64,000 nt of DNA from Takakia lepidozioides (taxonomy: Eukaryota; Plantae; Bryophyta): contig CM060734.1 in the NCBI GenBank assembly GCA_030704615.1, positions 11,780,001 to 11,844,000 on the forward strand, in the 5' to 3' direction. Positions 1-11,786 of the stretch are shown here, one piece after another (the first letter of the stretch is position 1; every line of letters begins with the position of its first letter). The notes beneath the pieces were generated by a model. The model saw only the letters and a list, made by a program, of their open reading frames with translations. It had not been told where the DNA came from and did no database searches. A program made the translations under genes and the position numbers.

Positions 1-697
1 ATGAACAAGATAGATGGGGCTCTACCTCTCCCCATCTCAACCCTGACGAAGAGGTTCCCTGACAGACTCTTCTCCACACTCATAGCCTCGCCGAGATTGA
101 TTCACCCCCCCCCCCCCCCCCCCAACCCTACTGGGGTTAACCCATTCTTCACATCATGGTCAAACAACCGCTCTCTACTTGATCTCTGCATGGCCCGTTT
201 AGACAGAATCTACATCTCCCTATCTATTTCTAATGGGGCAAATCTTCACCCTCAGGAACCTATAGCCAATGGTTTTGATCACCCTTGGTCTCCGCCACCC
301 TCTCCATGCCTGGTGCAAGGAAAAAGAGCAGAGGTATCTATAGGCTCAATTCTTCGCACCTCGGAATCCCTTCCTTCAAGCTGGGTCTGGAGCAGGCCTG
401 GAAACAAACAGGTAACAACCTCTCTTGCCCTATTCAGAGATTCTCTCTCAAACTCCAGGCAGCCAGTAAAGCCAGCCAAGACATGAATAGAGAGATTGTT
501 GCTTACCAGAAGAGACGTTTCCTCGCCCTCAAAAAATGCTTAGCTGTTTGCTAGAAGAAGATTGAAACCAGATCATGCGACGAACATACCTTTCATACTT
601 ACCTGGAAGCCCGTCAAAACCTGGACTCCTTCCAGCTGTTGCAGGAAGAAAAAATGAGAATGCAAGCTGGGGTTAACTGGTCGTCCAACGACGCTAC
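1..697 (+). mobile_element. L1-like LINE ORF2 remnant (endonuclease C-terminal part and linker), frameshifted
   Basis: 'ARLDRIYIS...DHP' resembles the APE-endonuclease RLD/SDH motifs. Near 640-697 it reads 'EEKMRMQAGVNWSSNDAT', like the L1 linker (W..RS...W...GD..T). Confidence 0.65.
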
Positions 698-924
698 CGC
701 GTGAGCCTGGCGCGTGAGCGTGTAAGCGTACGCTCACACAACGATGACGTGGCATGAGCCTACACTCACGTAGCTGACGTGGCGCTGATGCTGACATGGC
801 ATGAGCCTGGTCCAGGTCATGCCACATCACCACAAAGAAGGTGGGCCTATAACCGTGGAGCCTACAACTGTTGATTTCACCACATGAAGGTGAAACAGAT
901 TAAGGGTTTCGGGCTTTCCTGGAG

Positions 925-1163
925 TTCAACCTTTTGTTAACAGGAGCTTCATTTCCTAGAACTGAAATGAACGTTGTGTTAACACGAGGTTGTTTTTCTG
1001 GAACAGAAATCAACTTTGTGTCAACATAAGGTTGATTTGGAGATGTTCAAATCAACCTTATGTTAACACGATGTTGTTTTCTTAGAACTAAAATCAACCT
1101 TGTGTCGACACGAGGTGGATTTGGAGAACTTCAAGTCAACCTCGTGTTAACACAAGGTTGATT
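925..1163. repeat. Subterminal array of six imperfect palindromes (TCAACCTTG[CT]GT-YR-AC[AG]CAAGGTTGA type), exact 42-bp period
   Basis: GTYRAC cores start at 936, 978, 1020, 1062, 1104 and 1146. Confidence 0.9.
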
Positions 1164-1363
1164 TCCGAGACTGTCTATCTGAAGGAAGCTTGTTGTGTTT
1201 GCAAATGAAAAGAGGAGGACGAACCAATGCGACAAATGCGTTGACCCACACATTGCGAAGATGTTAGAGGACATACACTGAGAGACACTAGACTTGAACA
1301 CTCATTCCATTACAAGTTGTAGTCAAGGAAAACACAGATTTCTTCATGTCAAGTGCATGCTGT

Positions 1364-4300
1364 CTATGGGCTTGTATCCCGCTGTAGAAGTGTGTTGACT
1401 TCGTTGAAACTCATAGTGGCTTGGTGAATGAAGAAGTCGCGCTTCGGATCACAAACCATCCTTCTCAAGAAGATGAAATAAAGATGTTTGCACGGTATGA
1501 ACTTCCCTCTCTTTCCCAAACTACTAAAATCAGGACAGGTGCAATTGGGAAAATTGAAAACAGTGATGTCGTACGTCCTGTCCTGCAGGGCAGATGCGGA
1601 TGAGATCATGGTGAAGACCCGACCGTACCCTGGATCAGGCACTTCCATTGTTCCCGCAACACGAGCGTGAAGCATTCTCGCGGACTCGATTTTACCGTAG
1701 TGTTCTGCGGTTGGAGGGAATCGTCGAACTAGCTTCCCATTCCGTCTGGTTGGCCACAAGTGAGCGTCACGTGGAGGTACCCGCGAACCGCTTGAACTTG
1801 AAGCACCTCTATGTGCAATGGAATGTCTGGCTAGGGAGAAACCCGCCTCTTCCAACATTGCGATCTCTTGGTGAGTGAGACCTGTACCCATCTTCACAGG
1901 CCACACGGTTGGTGGAGTAGGCTTCCTCACCACGGAGGGCCTCACTGTCCCACGCATACATCTCCCGCAATCGTCAGCACAGAACCAGATTTTGTGGTTC
2001 TTTGCCTCTCCTTGTCCGTAAGGGAGAAACAAACCAGTGAATGTAGGAGCTGCAGTGCGTTCTTTGCCTCTGGATATTAAAGATGTACATTTTTCATGAT
2101 TGGTGGCCCTGATCGCTGCACATTTCATACGCGATCCAGCACTTGTGCGTTCTATATGCCAAACCTCGTCCAAGCACATGGACTCCATTACATGCGGCAC
2201 CATGTTCTGGTCTTCAACCATTGCAGTGACAGTGCTTGATGCATGGGTCCGGTTTGGGGCTGAATGGCCCTCACCTGTGGATGTTCCGCAATTCCATCTC
2301 TGATCCAAGGGAATACGTGGCGTGGAGAAGTTGACCCTGTCCGCCCTATGGGAATCTGCATCCGATCCGGGAGGGGTGTCCAATTTCCGTTTGCAAGACC
2401 CGAATCTCTCTTTGCCTTCCAGATGGGGAACTCTACCCACGAGAGGGATGCCATCTGCACATATGCTCACTGCCCGCGCTATTTTGCTGGGATTCCCCGA
2501 TCTTCTGGCTGCCCGCAACATCAACTCGCTCTTGTTCGGGCCTTTGCCACCAAGGCCACCCCTCAAGAATGACCTGTATCTGGTTTGCTGTTGGAGAGCA
2601 CGGATCAAGTCATCGGCCGTGGCCGCATACAAATCTCTTCCTTTTTTGCCGGATTGCTGCAACCAGGCATTGTACACTATCTCCGCTAGATTGCAAGAAG
2701 GCATGTCCGCCATCTCCTCAATGGACATATGCTGCAAGGTGCAAAAACACAAAGCCGATTTTAGGATTGGGACTCTAAAAGACATATCCGAAGCACCGAA
2801 AGGAAGATGAATGCAAACCGCTCACCGTTGTCATGGCCGCTCCCCACTGTCGGTAACGGAAGTGCCAAAATGCGAACCAGTCTTCCAGTGCCCTCATGCT
2901 ATCTTCCGATGCCGCTCCAGATGAGTACCACCAGGCACGAATTGTCTGGAACAATGTATTCGCTTCCCCCATAGTTTTGGCGTCTTTGTACTGTTTGCAC
3001 AGTTGACGATGCATACTCTGCATATCCGGCTTGATGTCTGCCTTTGTGTGTCTGTCCAGGGATTGTGTCCATTGGAAAAGACACGTACGTTCTCTTCCAG
3101 GCATTGGCACTTTTGGATCTTCCGTCCCGAACACAATGCGGTCAGCGTTGAAGTTCGCTTGAGCACTGTCGGCCATGAAACCAACAAAATTTGGAGATGG
3201 GAGACCATTGGAGGCCATAACGTGAATAAGAGCTTCCCACATGAGCTGTTGTGATTCTGTGTCCTTTGACTGCATGTCACACACTGCAATTGTCATGACA
3301 CGCTGGTACACAGGGTCGTAAACATGACATGCCATTGTGGTCCAGTCTTTAACCCTCTTCACGTGATCGAACATAAGGAAGCAGTTGCCAAGATCGCCAC
3401 CCTTCTGCATACGTTTAACCAGGCTGACTCCGCTGCCCTCACCTTTTGTGGACATTTTAAACATGAATACTTTCCTGGCTCCTTGTCCCGGGAAAACGTT
3501 GTCTTGGATGTAGTCGTACATGCTCTTTTTCTTCAAATCCATAATATTGTCCATATAACCTCGGCTCCCAGAGCCCATTCTCAAAGCGTTCACTTGATTC
3601 CTAATGTTTGGAGAAGTCAATGTCGAGAAATGGTCCATAACAATGTCCAAAGCTGGTCCCTCCAGTTTTCCTCCAACCGAATCTGATGCACACAGAATAC
3701 AACTTTCCAGAAAAGACTTGCTCGCCCCCATGGCAATTGCAGAAGTGGTTTCCAACTCTTGCCTTATCAGACGCGAGACTGTCTCAACGCTCTCCCTGTA
3801 ATCCCCCTTGGACACAGGGTGGTTGTGAAAACCGAAATGGACACAGGCTCTAGTCAGGGTTTTGAATCGATGCACCACATAACATTTTGGCGCCACACAA
3901 TGCAAGGCAGCAAGGTGGTAGCCTACAAAACTTGCACACAAAAGTGTTATTATATGGTGGTGTCACCCCAGGCTTGAATGGATTCTCAGTGACACCATCC
4001 CATTCGCTTTGGTTTTGTACACCTGACAGTGCGAAGTGTCTGCATTTCATGTTCTCGCATTTCAGGTGCCCATTACAAACTGTTCTCCTGAATATGAGGT
4101 TGTCATGGTTGTGAATATTGGAGGTTTTTGTGCGGCACCAAGGGTGTCCATCGTGCTTTTTGTCCATTCCTTCCATGAGACTGGAAATGCCCCCCACTCG
4201 ACCCGGAGGAGGCAGCTCGAAAACAATATTACCATCAAATGATTCTGGCAAGAATGCCACACGCTGAACATTGAAAGTGCTCCAGTCAATCCCCCTCAAC

Positions 4301-4836
4301 TCACTCTTGAATCCTACCATCCCACCCATGGCTTTCAGTTTGGGAATGACACTGGTGATCTCCGCCACATCTGCTTCCTGATCTGGACATGGCTGATCCA
4401 CTGGCGGTATTTCACAGGCATCCTCGGAGGAGGAGTCCGAAAGCTCCACAATAGTGTTAACGTTACTTGACTCCTTCTTAACAACCACGGGTGTTTTCTC
4501 CTGGGCCACTGATGCTGCCGTTCCAGGAGTAAGGAACGATCCTGCATACTGTCGTCAAGGAGCACTGAGCACCCTGTATCTGCCTGGAGGCACTCTCCAT
4601 TGTGTGGTTTGTGCAGTCTGCGAAAGTTTCTGGAAGGTGTGCTTGAGCAAATTTCCATTGGCATTGTACACTTCCCTCTCAAGGAATAGAGTGCCATTCT
4701 CCAACCAAAACTGCGTTGCGAGCACGTGTTTATGCACCACCGCAAAACCATCATCATCCACCTCGTACGAAAATGGCACCGGATGGTCCTCGCTGAGGAA
4801 GTCTACGTCAAGGGAGCCCATGGCCTGGGAGGCCAC
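1364..4836 (-). pseudogene. Mutator-like transposase: GCM/WRKY-like Zn domain, DDE core, C-terminal SWIM finger; disrupted
   Basis: Joined ORFs 4555-4836, 3850-4509, 2775-3941 and 1364-2785. Motifs: DGHPWCRTKTS..C.G.LKC.N..C; CKFC...C...CVHFGFHNHP; FDHVKR (D1); FMADSAQA (D2); CLFQW (CxxH position; copy 2 has CGFHW); CNLAE (E); SWIM CTCPDF...CKH. A GT-AG intron follows WHFRYRQWGAAMTT (~2740-2826). Confidence 0.8.
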
Positions 4837-6054
4837 CTGTCAATGTTGCTTCAAAGCGCACAATCCAGAGTCCAATGTTGCTTCTGAGTGCAGGCTGTAC
4901 TAGAGTGGAGTTTATGGGCTATATGTAAGACGTCCTTACACACAATTGTAGGTGTCGCTTTCGCATATAGGTCTTTAAATGCGGATCGGTACATCAAACA
5001 AATTGGTGGACATGCGAACCAAGTGTATGGTCAGAGAGTGCCCAAATGAGGAGTGGATAATGTCAGCCCGAATGCCACTCCGAAAAAAGAAGCCAACTGT
5101 TTTTCCACATCTGCCCCACCACTGTCCTGGACATCGAATCCCCCAATTTTGACTGACATAGCCGCCAATTGGCTGTTATGTCAGAGAGGGCAGATGAGGT
5201 GCCCATTTCTATTCAATGTTTAATAGCAATTGAACAGCTGTACAATTGTACCAACTGCACAGTCCTCCGAAACACCCCAAAAGTGGATACCCAATAATTA
5301 AGTTTTGCGGATGAGAGGTCGACCCAAACGAATTTTGGTGGATGAGAATTAAATGTTTTCCGGCGATATTGTTAACGGAAGACTGGACACGTGTCCGCCA
5401 TGCATGTGGACTGAGCATGTGGCGATGAGGACGTTTCCAGCGATCATCTTGGCGCGGATGGCCTGTCGGTGAACCTCCCGCAGCGTCATTTTTTTCCTTC
5501 TTCTCCTTCTCCTCACTGCAACCCTGGATTCTGCCGAGACGGTCACGCCATCCCGTGGGAGAAGAAGGCGCCGATGAACACTATATTTCACATCAAACAA
5601 GCAAAGGGCACGCGCTAAAGAGAGGATGAGGGAGGCAAGACGGGAATTGCGAATGGGCGATGAAACCCCCCACGGAGACGAAGACGAAGGCTACACAATC
5701 TGCAACCACAGTTTGGAGAGGAAGGCCTTGAAGCGGTGCCGGAGGCGACCAAAGAGCAACCTGCAATTGAGGGAGGGGACAACGAGGAATCAGCTGGGCT
5801 CGAGAAGAAGCGTTGCGAGAGAAGAACCAAGCCATGGAAGAGCAGGGAGGGGAGGAGGGCGCGGATACGATGCCGTCTGCCGCTGTTTCCCACCACCCGG
5901 ATCTGCTTGGAAGCATGTTGCCTCCAGACCCCATGGAAAAGATGAATGCTGCTGAAGCATCATCAAGTGCTGCGAAGAAGAAACCAGAGGTTGTAATCAA
6001 CCCTCATTTGCCTTTTGCTTTTTCTGTTTGTTGAATGCGGAACTGGGAGCTCCA

Positions 6055-6368
6055 CATCAACCTTGCGTCAACGCGAGGTTGATGTCAACCTCCAAGGTGT
6101 CTGTTTTGGGTACGAAACCAAGCGGATGCAGCCCTCGAATCAACCTTGCGTTGACGCGAGGTTGATTTGGGTGCCTCTTATGTGCATTCCCAGCCTCCGA
6201 AATCCAGTTTCATGAAGCGCAAGGTAGGGGAAGTAGATTGCTTGAACCCCCCAAAACAACCTTGCGTTAACGCAAAGCATTTAGTGGGTTCACCAGAGTG
6301 TTCCGGGACGCATTTCAGACTAAGCTGCAACCCCATGAATCAACCTTGCGTCAACGCAAGGTTGATTC
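6055..6368. repeat. Four intronic copies of palindrome TCAACCTTGCGT-YR-ACGCAAGGTTGA
   Basis: Cores at 6067, 6150, 6266 and 6350, upstream of the AG acceptor at 6429-6430. Confidence 0.85.
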
Positions 6369-8264
6369 ATGGGAGCTCGATCTGTCTGTTTAGGCAACTA
6401 GTCACTCACAGGGATATTCATTCTTTGCAGAGGAAAAGAAAAAGAAAAGCCGTGGGTGGAGATGTGGCAGTGGCAGAAGGTGATGGTGAGGAAGACGCAT
6501 TTGACGAACACTATGAAGACAAGGCCAAGGAGGTAATGGGGGGGCAGAAAGTGAACTCCTCGAAGGTGATTTTGTCGATGGAGGTTCCCGGAGGAAACCT
6601 CTTTATCCCACTATGCAGGATGATTTCTATGCCCTCTGTTCGACCCGCATTGAGAAACGACATTACGAAGTTGAAGAACGATTTTGTTCACGGCTATGTT
6701 AAGGGATCTGCAGTGTTCTATGTATCCACAGTGAACACGAAAGGAGAGGAGTGTCTTGTAACAGAGGACATCGAGCAAAGTTGGGATGCATGCTGGCGGG
6801 AAGTGAACAGGGAGTTTGAGGCCAAGCTGTCCAAAAAGGCCTCGACAAAAGCGTTTATGGGAAAGATGTTTTTTGTCTGGGACGGGAACCATAGACTGCT
6901 TGCCTGGATGGATTACATTTCAAGCTTGCACTCAGACGAGATCGAATGGCACTGGAGCGTGGTTTCCATGGTACTCGATCACAAAGGACGTGTCACGCAG
7001 CTTTTGACAGCCATGCACGACATAAACAAGTAAGTTATCAACCTTGTTTCCACCCGATCTGCGCTTTCACAATTGGAAATCGTCTTATAAGTTGAAGGTT
7101 TTTTCAGGTCGAATGAAACCTCCCATGTGACGACCAAGCTCTGCCACACTCTATTCTGTATCCAGAAAATAGGGTTGATGCCACTGGAGTCATTTACGAA
7201 CGTGCTCAGTCCTCAGCAGATGAAGAGGTGTGCTGAAAAGAAGACAAGCACATGGTACAGCCTGACAAGGGAGGCTTTTCTTGACTACATGTACATGGTA
7301 GGCTTCTTGACATCTGTTTGTTTGTTGTCAGGGTGAATTTTTCCAAGAAACGCCTATGTTTGATGTTTTATATTGGCAATGTATGCAGCAAGAAATAACA
7401 GAGACTGGCTTGAAGGCGAAAGCAGAATACTATGCATCCCACACAGAAGAGCAGAGGTCTGCAACTGGGCTTGAGGACATTATGAGATTTGAGATGAACA
7501 ATCAAAGGAAGAACCTCATGAGTGCGTTCGACAAACAAATCCGCATAGCAGATCCAAGTCTAGGCACGGAATTTCTGGAACAGGTGAAAGCACACTATGA
7601 CAAGTATGGCTCCAAGCCATAAATGACCCAAGAGAAACTGCATCGCCTTTCCATATCAATGGTGGACAATGCAACCAAAATCAGGTGGTTGGAGATCTGG
7701 ATTTCGGATCCACTTGTGAGAGACACCAACATGTTCCCAACTCCTGAGAGGGACTCGAAAACACAAGCAATAAAAGTTGTGAGCGACCACACATTCGACC
7801 AGTGGTTGCACAAAGCAACCTTCTGGAGCCAGGTAAGGCAATTGCAAAACCATTTTGGAATGATTGTGCACATTTGTGCTCTCTCCCAAATTCTTATGAT
7901 CTTTCTTGCTGCAATTGGAAAACCGAGCGGTGGCAACACTTGGGGAGTCAATGGCAGACTACAAAATCCAGATGGCTCAACCCCGGATCACACTGGAGGC
8001 CTATATCAGGAGATGGAAGCTCGCTATCTGGAACAACTGCTTCTTCAGGGAGTTTGAGAGATACAAAAGAATCTCCAGATCCCACGAATTCGAAAACCAG
8101 TACAACAGCGAGCAAGCAATGAAACGAGTGTTGTACAGGTTTGACCTCCCAGAAACTGGTGTGTTGCTAGAGGTGTGTGTCTCAGTATTCTTGTGTCATG
8201 TTTTCTATGGAGAACTTCGAATTTGCAAGTCTTGAGGGAGTTTTGAGGGCTCTGGAAGTAAAGC

Positions 8265-9090
8265 CGCGCAACATTGCGTCAACACAAGCTTGTCTCGCGG
8301 CTGCAATGCCCATGTCTTGATCTTCATGCATGTGTGGTTTTGGTTTCATGTAGCTGTACGTGGGGTCTCCGGTGGTGTCATTTTCTGCATTGTAGCCTGT
8401 TAAAGGGCACAAGCCGTAAGGCAAATCAACCTTGCGTCAACGCAAGGTTGATGGAGGGCCATGAATTTTTCAAGGGTCAGTATGTTTTCCTGAATTCTTT
8501 GGCTTATATTTTTGTTCGCTGTCGTTTCCGGTTCCGTTTCTACCAGGTTGAACATGAAGTTTGTCTAGAGTGAAACGGTGTTTAGGGCTTATACTTTACC
8601 GCCAAACAGCCTTGCGTTGATGCAACGTTGTTTGATGGTCTGGATTGCAAGATAGGGCCCGCGGAAATCGCACAATTTCCATAATATTGTAGGGTAGTTA
8701 ATATCATCAAACACCATGGACGGGTGTTTTCGGCAGAGGTATTCAACCTCGCGTCAACGCAAGGTTGAAACTCCATATGAACAGATCTTCGGAGGGTTGT
8801 TTTCTAGCAATGTTTTCCATTTCTACTGTACATGAAATCAACCTTGCGTTAACGCAATGTTGAATTCCACTTGGCAATCCCTGTCTTTTTTCATGCAACA
8901 TTATCACATGTGGATCCGCCAATCAACGTTGCGTCAACGCAAGGTTGATTGGGGCTTCCAAGTTTTGCATGCGATGGATTGTGATAATGGATTTTTTCAT
9001 CTGGTAAGTGTTCGTTGAAAGTGCAGTTCTCAACGTTTGGGGATTTCCTTGTCAGCTCGAATCAACCTTGCGTCAACACAACGTTGATTC
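8265..9090. repeat. About seven intronic copies of the same palindrome
   Basis: Copies near 8270, 8425, 8608, 8743, 8838, 8922 and 9062. Confidence 0.85.
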
Positions 9091-11786
9091 GGGCTGATAA
9101 ATGTTCGTTTCGACGGGTTTCTGATCTGCTTTCCAAAACCCTTCTGATGAGGTATGCTCCGTGAGTTGTTCAAATCGAATGACTGTCTGAGTTTTTGGTG
9201 TGTGTGATTCAAGTACATGTATCATGTCCTCATACTAGGAAAGTACCTTAGCGATGACCCTGACTTCATCTACTCATGGGCTCACCCCTCCAATGACAAG
9301 ACAATGTACACGGCTGGTATTGCCAAAGATTGGAGCAGGGCGCATTTCAGAGACTGTGGGTGGTACCTCGATCTACCAAAATAGGACACACCATTCGATG
9401 AAGTGGTTTTGAGAAACCTTAAGGACAACGCCGCGGCACTTGCCCCGCTTGCTGACAAAGACATTCAGGAGAGAATCATTCAAGCTCTGGCTGCAAAAGA
9501 GCCTGAGAAATCGGCTATTCCAAAACGGAAGGGGAAGATTGCCGGGGATGCGAAGGGGAAGGGGAAGAATGCAGCTACGCAGGAACAGGGCCCCTCACAG
9601 GCCGCTGACAGGCAGCCTTCTCCAACTAGGAGAGAACACCAAAGTCGAGGGAGCAGCCTTTCGAGGCGAGAGAGCATCCATCCCGGGTTTTGGGCCAATT
9701 CCACCGTAAGGTGGTGAATGAAAGTTTTCTGGCAATGATGGAATCCAGGAAGTCCACATTCAAAGGGGTGCCGTCGAAATCATGGGACATGCTTCTTTCG
9801 TTCCTTACTCATGTAAGCACATATGTCTGTACTATGGCATGAATGATTTTGTTTTGGCAACTCGTCATGACTTAGCAACAAGATTGATTTCGTATTGGGT
9901 TTCGATTAGGCTTGTGACACTGTCTTTTGTTTTTTGGTACAGGTCACAAAAAGGCCAGATTGGGTGAATGGAGTTCAGCAGGCATACGCGACTGACCTTG
10001 TGGTCCTGGACATTCCTGACGGTTTGCCCGTCCCTGATGTGTTACCTTCCAATGCAACCCCTACCTGCAACAAATCGGATTCTCGTTACTGGCAGTGGGC
10101 TTTTTCATTCAGCAACAAATTCCTTTCTGACTCAGGGGCTCTTCTTCTCATGCAGTCAAAGGACATATTGGCACGGATAACTCTTTTCAGCTACATGAAA
10201 GCTTCCGGGTTTCGCGTCATCAAAACTTGGACATGCATCAACACACTGCCTCTTACGAAGGGCGAGTTCCCGGGGCAGAAAGTGAGTTGGTTCCTATCAA
10301 TGAAACTTTCGTGCTTCTCCAGAAAGTATCAAAAGTAGGTTATGTCTTTTTGCTCATGCTCTCTTCGAAATTTGTGGCAGACTCGGGTGTTCGAAGCTTT
10401 GTGCCTGGTGAGGGTGCGGAAGGACACCCTTCCTCTTGGTATTGCTGAGTTCCAGTTGAGGGACCTTGCAGCTCACATTGACCCCACTTGCGAGCATGTC
10501 GAGGATGATGTCATCTTCAATTACGTGGACTCGGGTCGCACTACGAAAAGGTCGAATGGTGTCCCTTGGAGAGGTGCCCGGGAGAAATCCCAGCTTTCAT
10601 GCAGACTTTGGTGGAGATATGCAGCCGTCACGGTGGTTGAGTGGTTGACTTGTCTATTAGCACAGGTGGGGCCCTGAACTTTGTATTTGAAATATGGACT
10701 GTGGCAGCTTCAATATACAGAGGGAAGCCCTGTTTTAATTTCTCATTCGTCTTCAATTTGCAGGAGCATCTTTTCATGTGTGCAAAAGCGCCGGAAGGCA
10801 CTTCTTCGGCATGGAGGCTGATTCGGAGCTCTTCTCAAGCGAGCTTCATCAGCTTGAGTCGGGCTCTACTTCTGCCCCATCCATAGAGGCAGTTCTGGAG
10901 GAGCCCGAAGCGCCTGACGAGGATCTGGACGTGGACTCTGATTTTGAGTGTGAGTAAGTTCAGCTTCATGTTGTGAAATAAATGTTGCATTCCCTTGTGT
11001 CATTCCCATTTGATAGATGGTTGCTTCCATGGCATATTTCTGGATGATGACATCTATCACCATTCCTCTTCTTGCTTTCCACAGTGCGGCATTAGTCATC
11101 GAATCAACAGACACCTTTCGGTTTCCAAGGATGCTACATGACCCCAAGTCCCCCTCGAGCTTACCGCTTGCCTGTTTACGCGGAAGCATGCGCATGGGTG
11201 TTGTCCCAACAAACAATGTATTCGCCTCTCTATGGGGTCATGGCAGAAAAAAACGTCACGGACGGGCTGCTGTGTTCATAGATGATATTGTTGCAGACTC
11301 TGGAAGTGGTTCCTCTGAAACCTCCAGTAGTTCGTGAGGTTCATGTATAGAGGCTTAATAAATTGTGTTTTGGTGTTGCAATCATTGCCAACCTGTTCTA
11401 CAAATTCTTCGCGTGTTCCGGAAAGTACATTTAGGGATTGCCTGATGTACGTCTAGAGATTCTAGCTTTGGAAAATGTTTGTGGGTTGGAATGAATTAGG
11501 AACTACGTTGCAAAAGAAGGCTTTGTTGTTAATTTTCAATTCCCTAGCGGGGGTTCTTCTCTATCCAAAGTCATGTCCTAAATCCTAAACCATCCACAAA
11601 CCTTCCATTGTTCCTCGGCCGGAAAGAATATTAATGTGGGGGCGATCAAGACGGTTCAAAAAATAAGGACATAGGCGCCATCCGTTCCGCGGAAATAGGG
11701 GGGGAGGGCACGGAATTAGGCCTTGCACACGTGGATGCTTGCTGACGTGGCGTGAGCCTGGCCAGGCTCACGCGCAAGCATTCCCC

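Larger units (their letters stand above)
5813..10957 (+). pseudogene. Multi-exon transposon cargo gene: ParB/Srx-like N-terminal domain, helical middle, C-terminal beta-class N6/N4 DNA methyltransferase-like domain; a few stops and frameshifts
   Basis: Exon 6431-7028 has FFVWDGNHRLLAW (ParB GxxR motif). Exon 9943-10281 has DLVVLDIPDG (motif-IV position) and FLSDSGALLL. 10381-10664 ends REKS..FMQTLVEICSRHGG*VVDLSISTG. From 10764 it reads ASFHVCKSAGRHFFGMEAD (motifs I/II, like KP..L..LI...GD.VLDPF.GSGTT..A...GR.FIG.E). GT/AG junctions are visible. Confidence 0.75.
698..11786. mobile_element. Copy 1 of a two-gene Mutator-like DNA transposon (GCM-MULE-SWIM transposase plus divergent ParB-methyltransferase gene), inserted in a LINE
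   Basis: Inverted terminal match CGCGTGAGCCTGGC (698-711) / GCCAGGCTCACGCG (11761-11774). The right end ...GCATTCCCC is at 11786. LINE sequence lies on both sides and two divergent genes lie inside. Confidence 0.8.

Noticed and set aside
5813-10957. Bacterial or phage contamination as the source of ParB-MTase
   Set aside because: The gene has GT-AG introns conserved across copies and is nested among plant TEs.
10866-11337. Possible third gene near the right end of copy 1
   Set aside because: Short ORFs on both strands with no recognisable motif and no homolog in other copies here.
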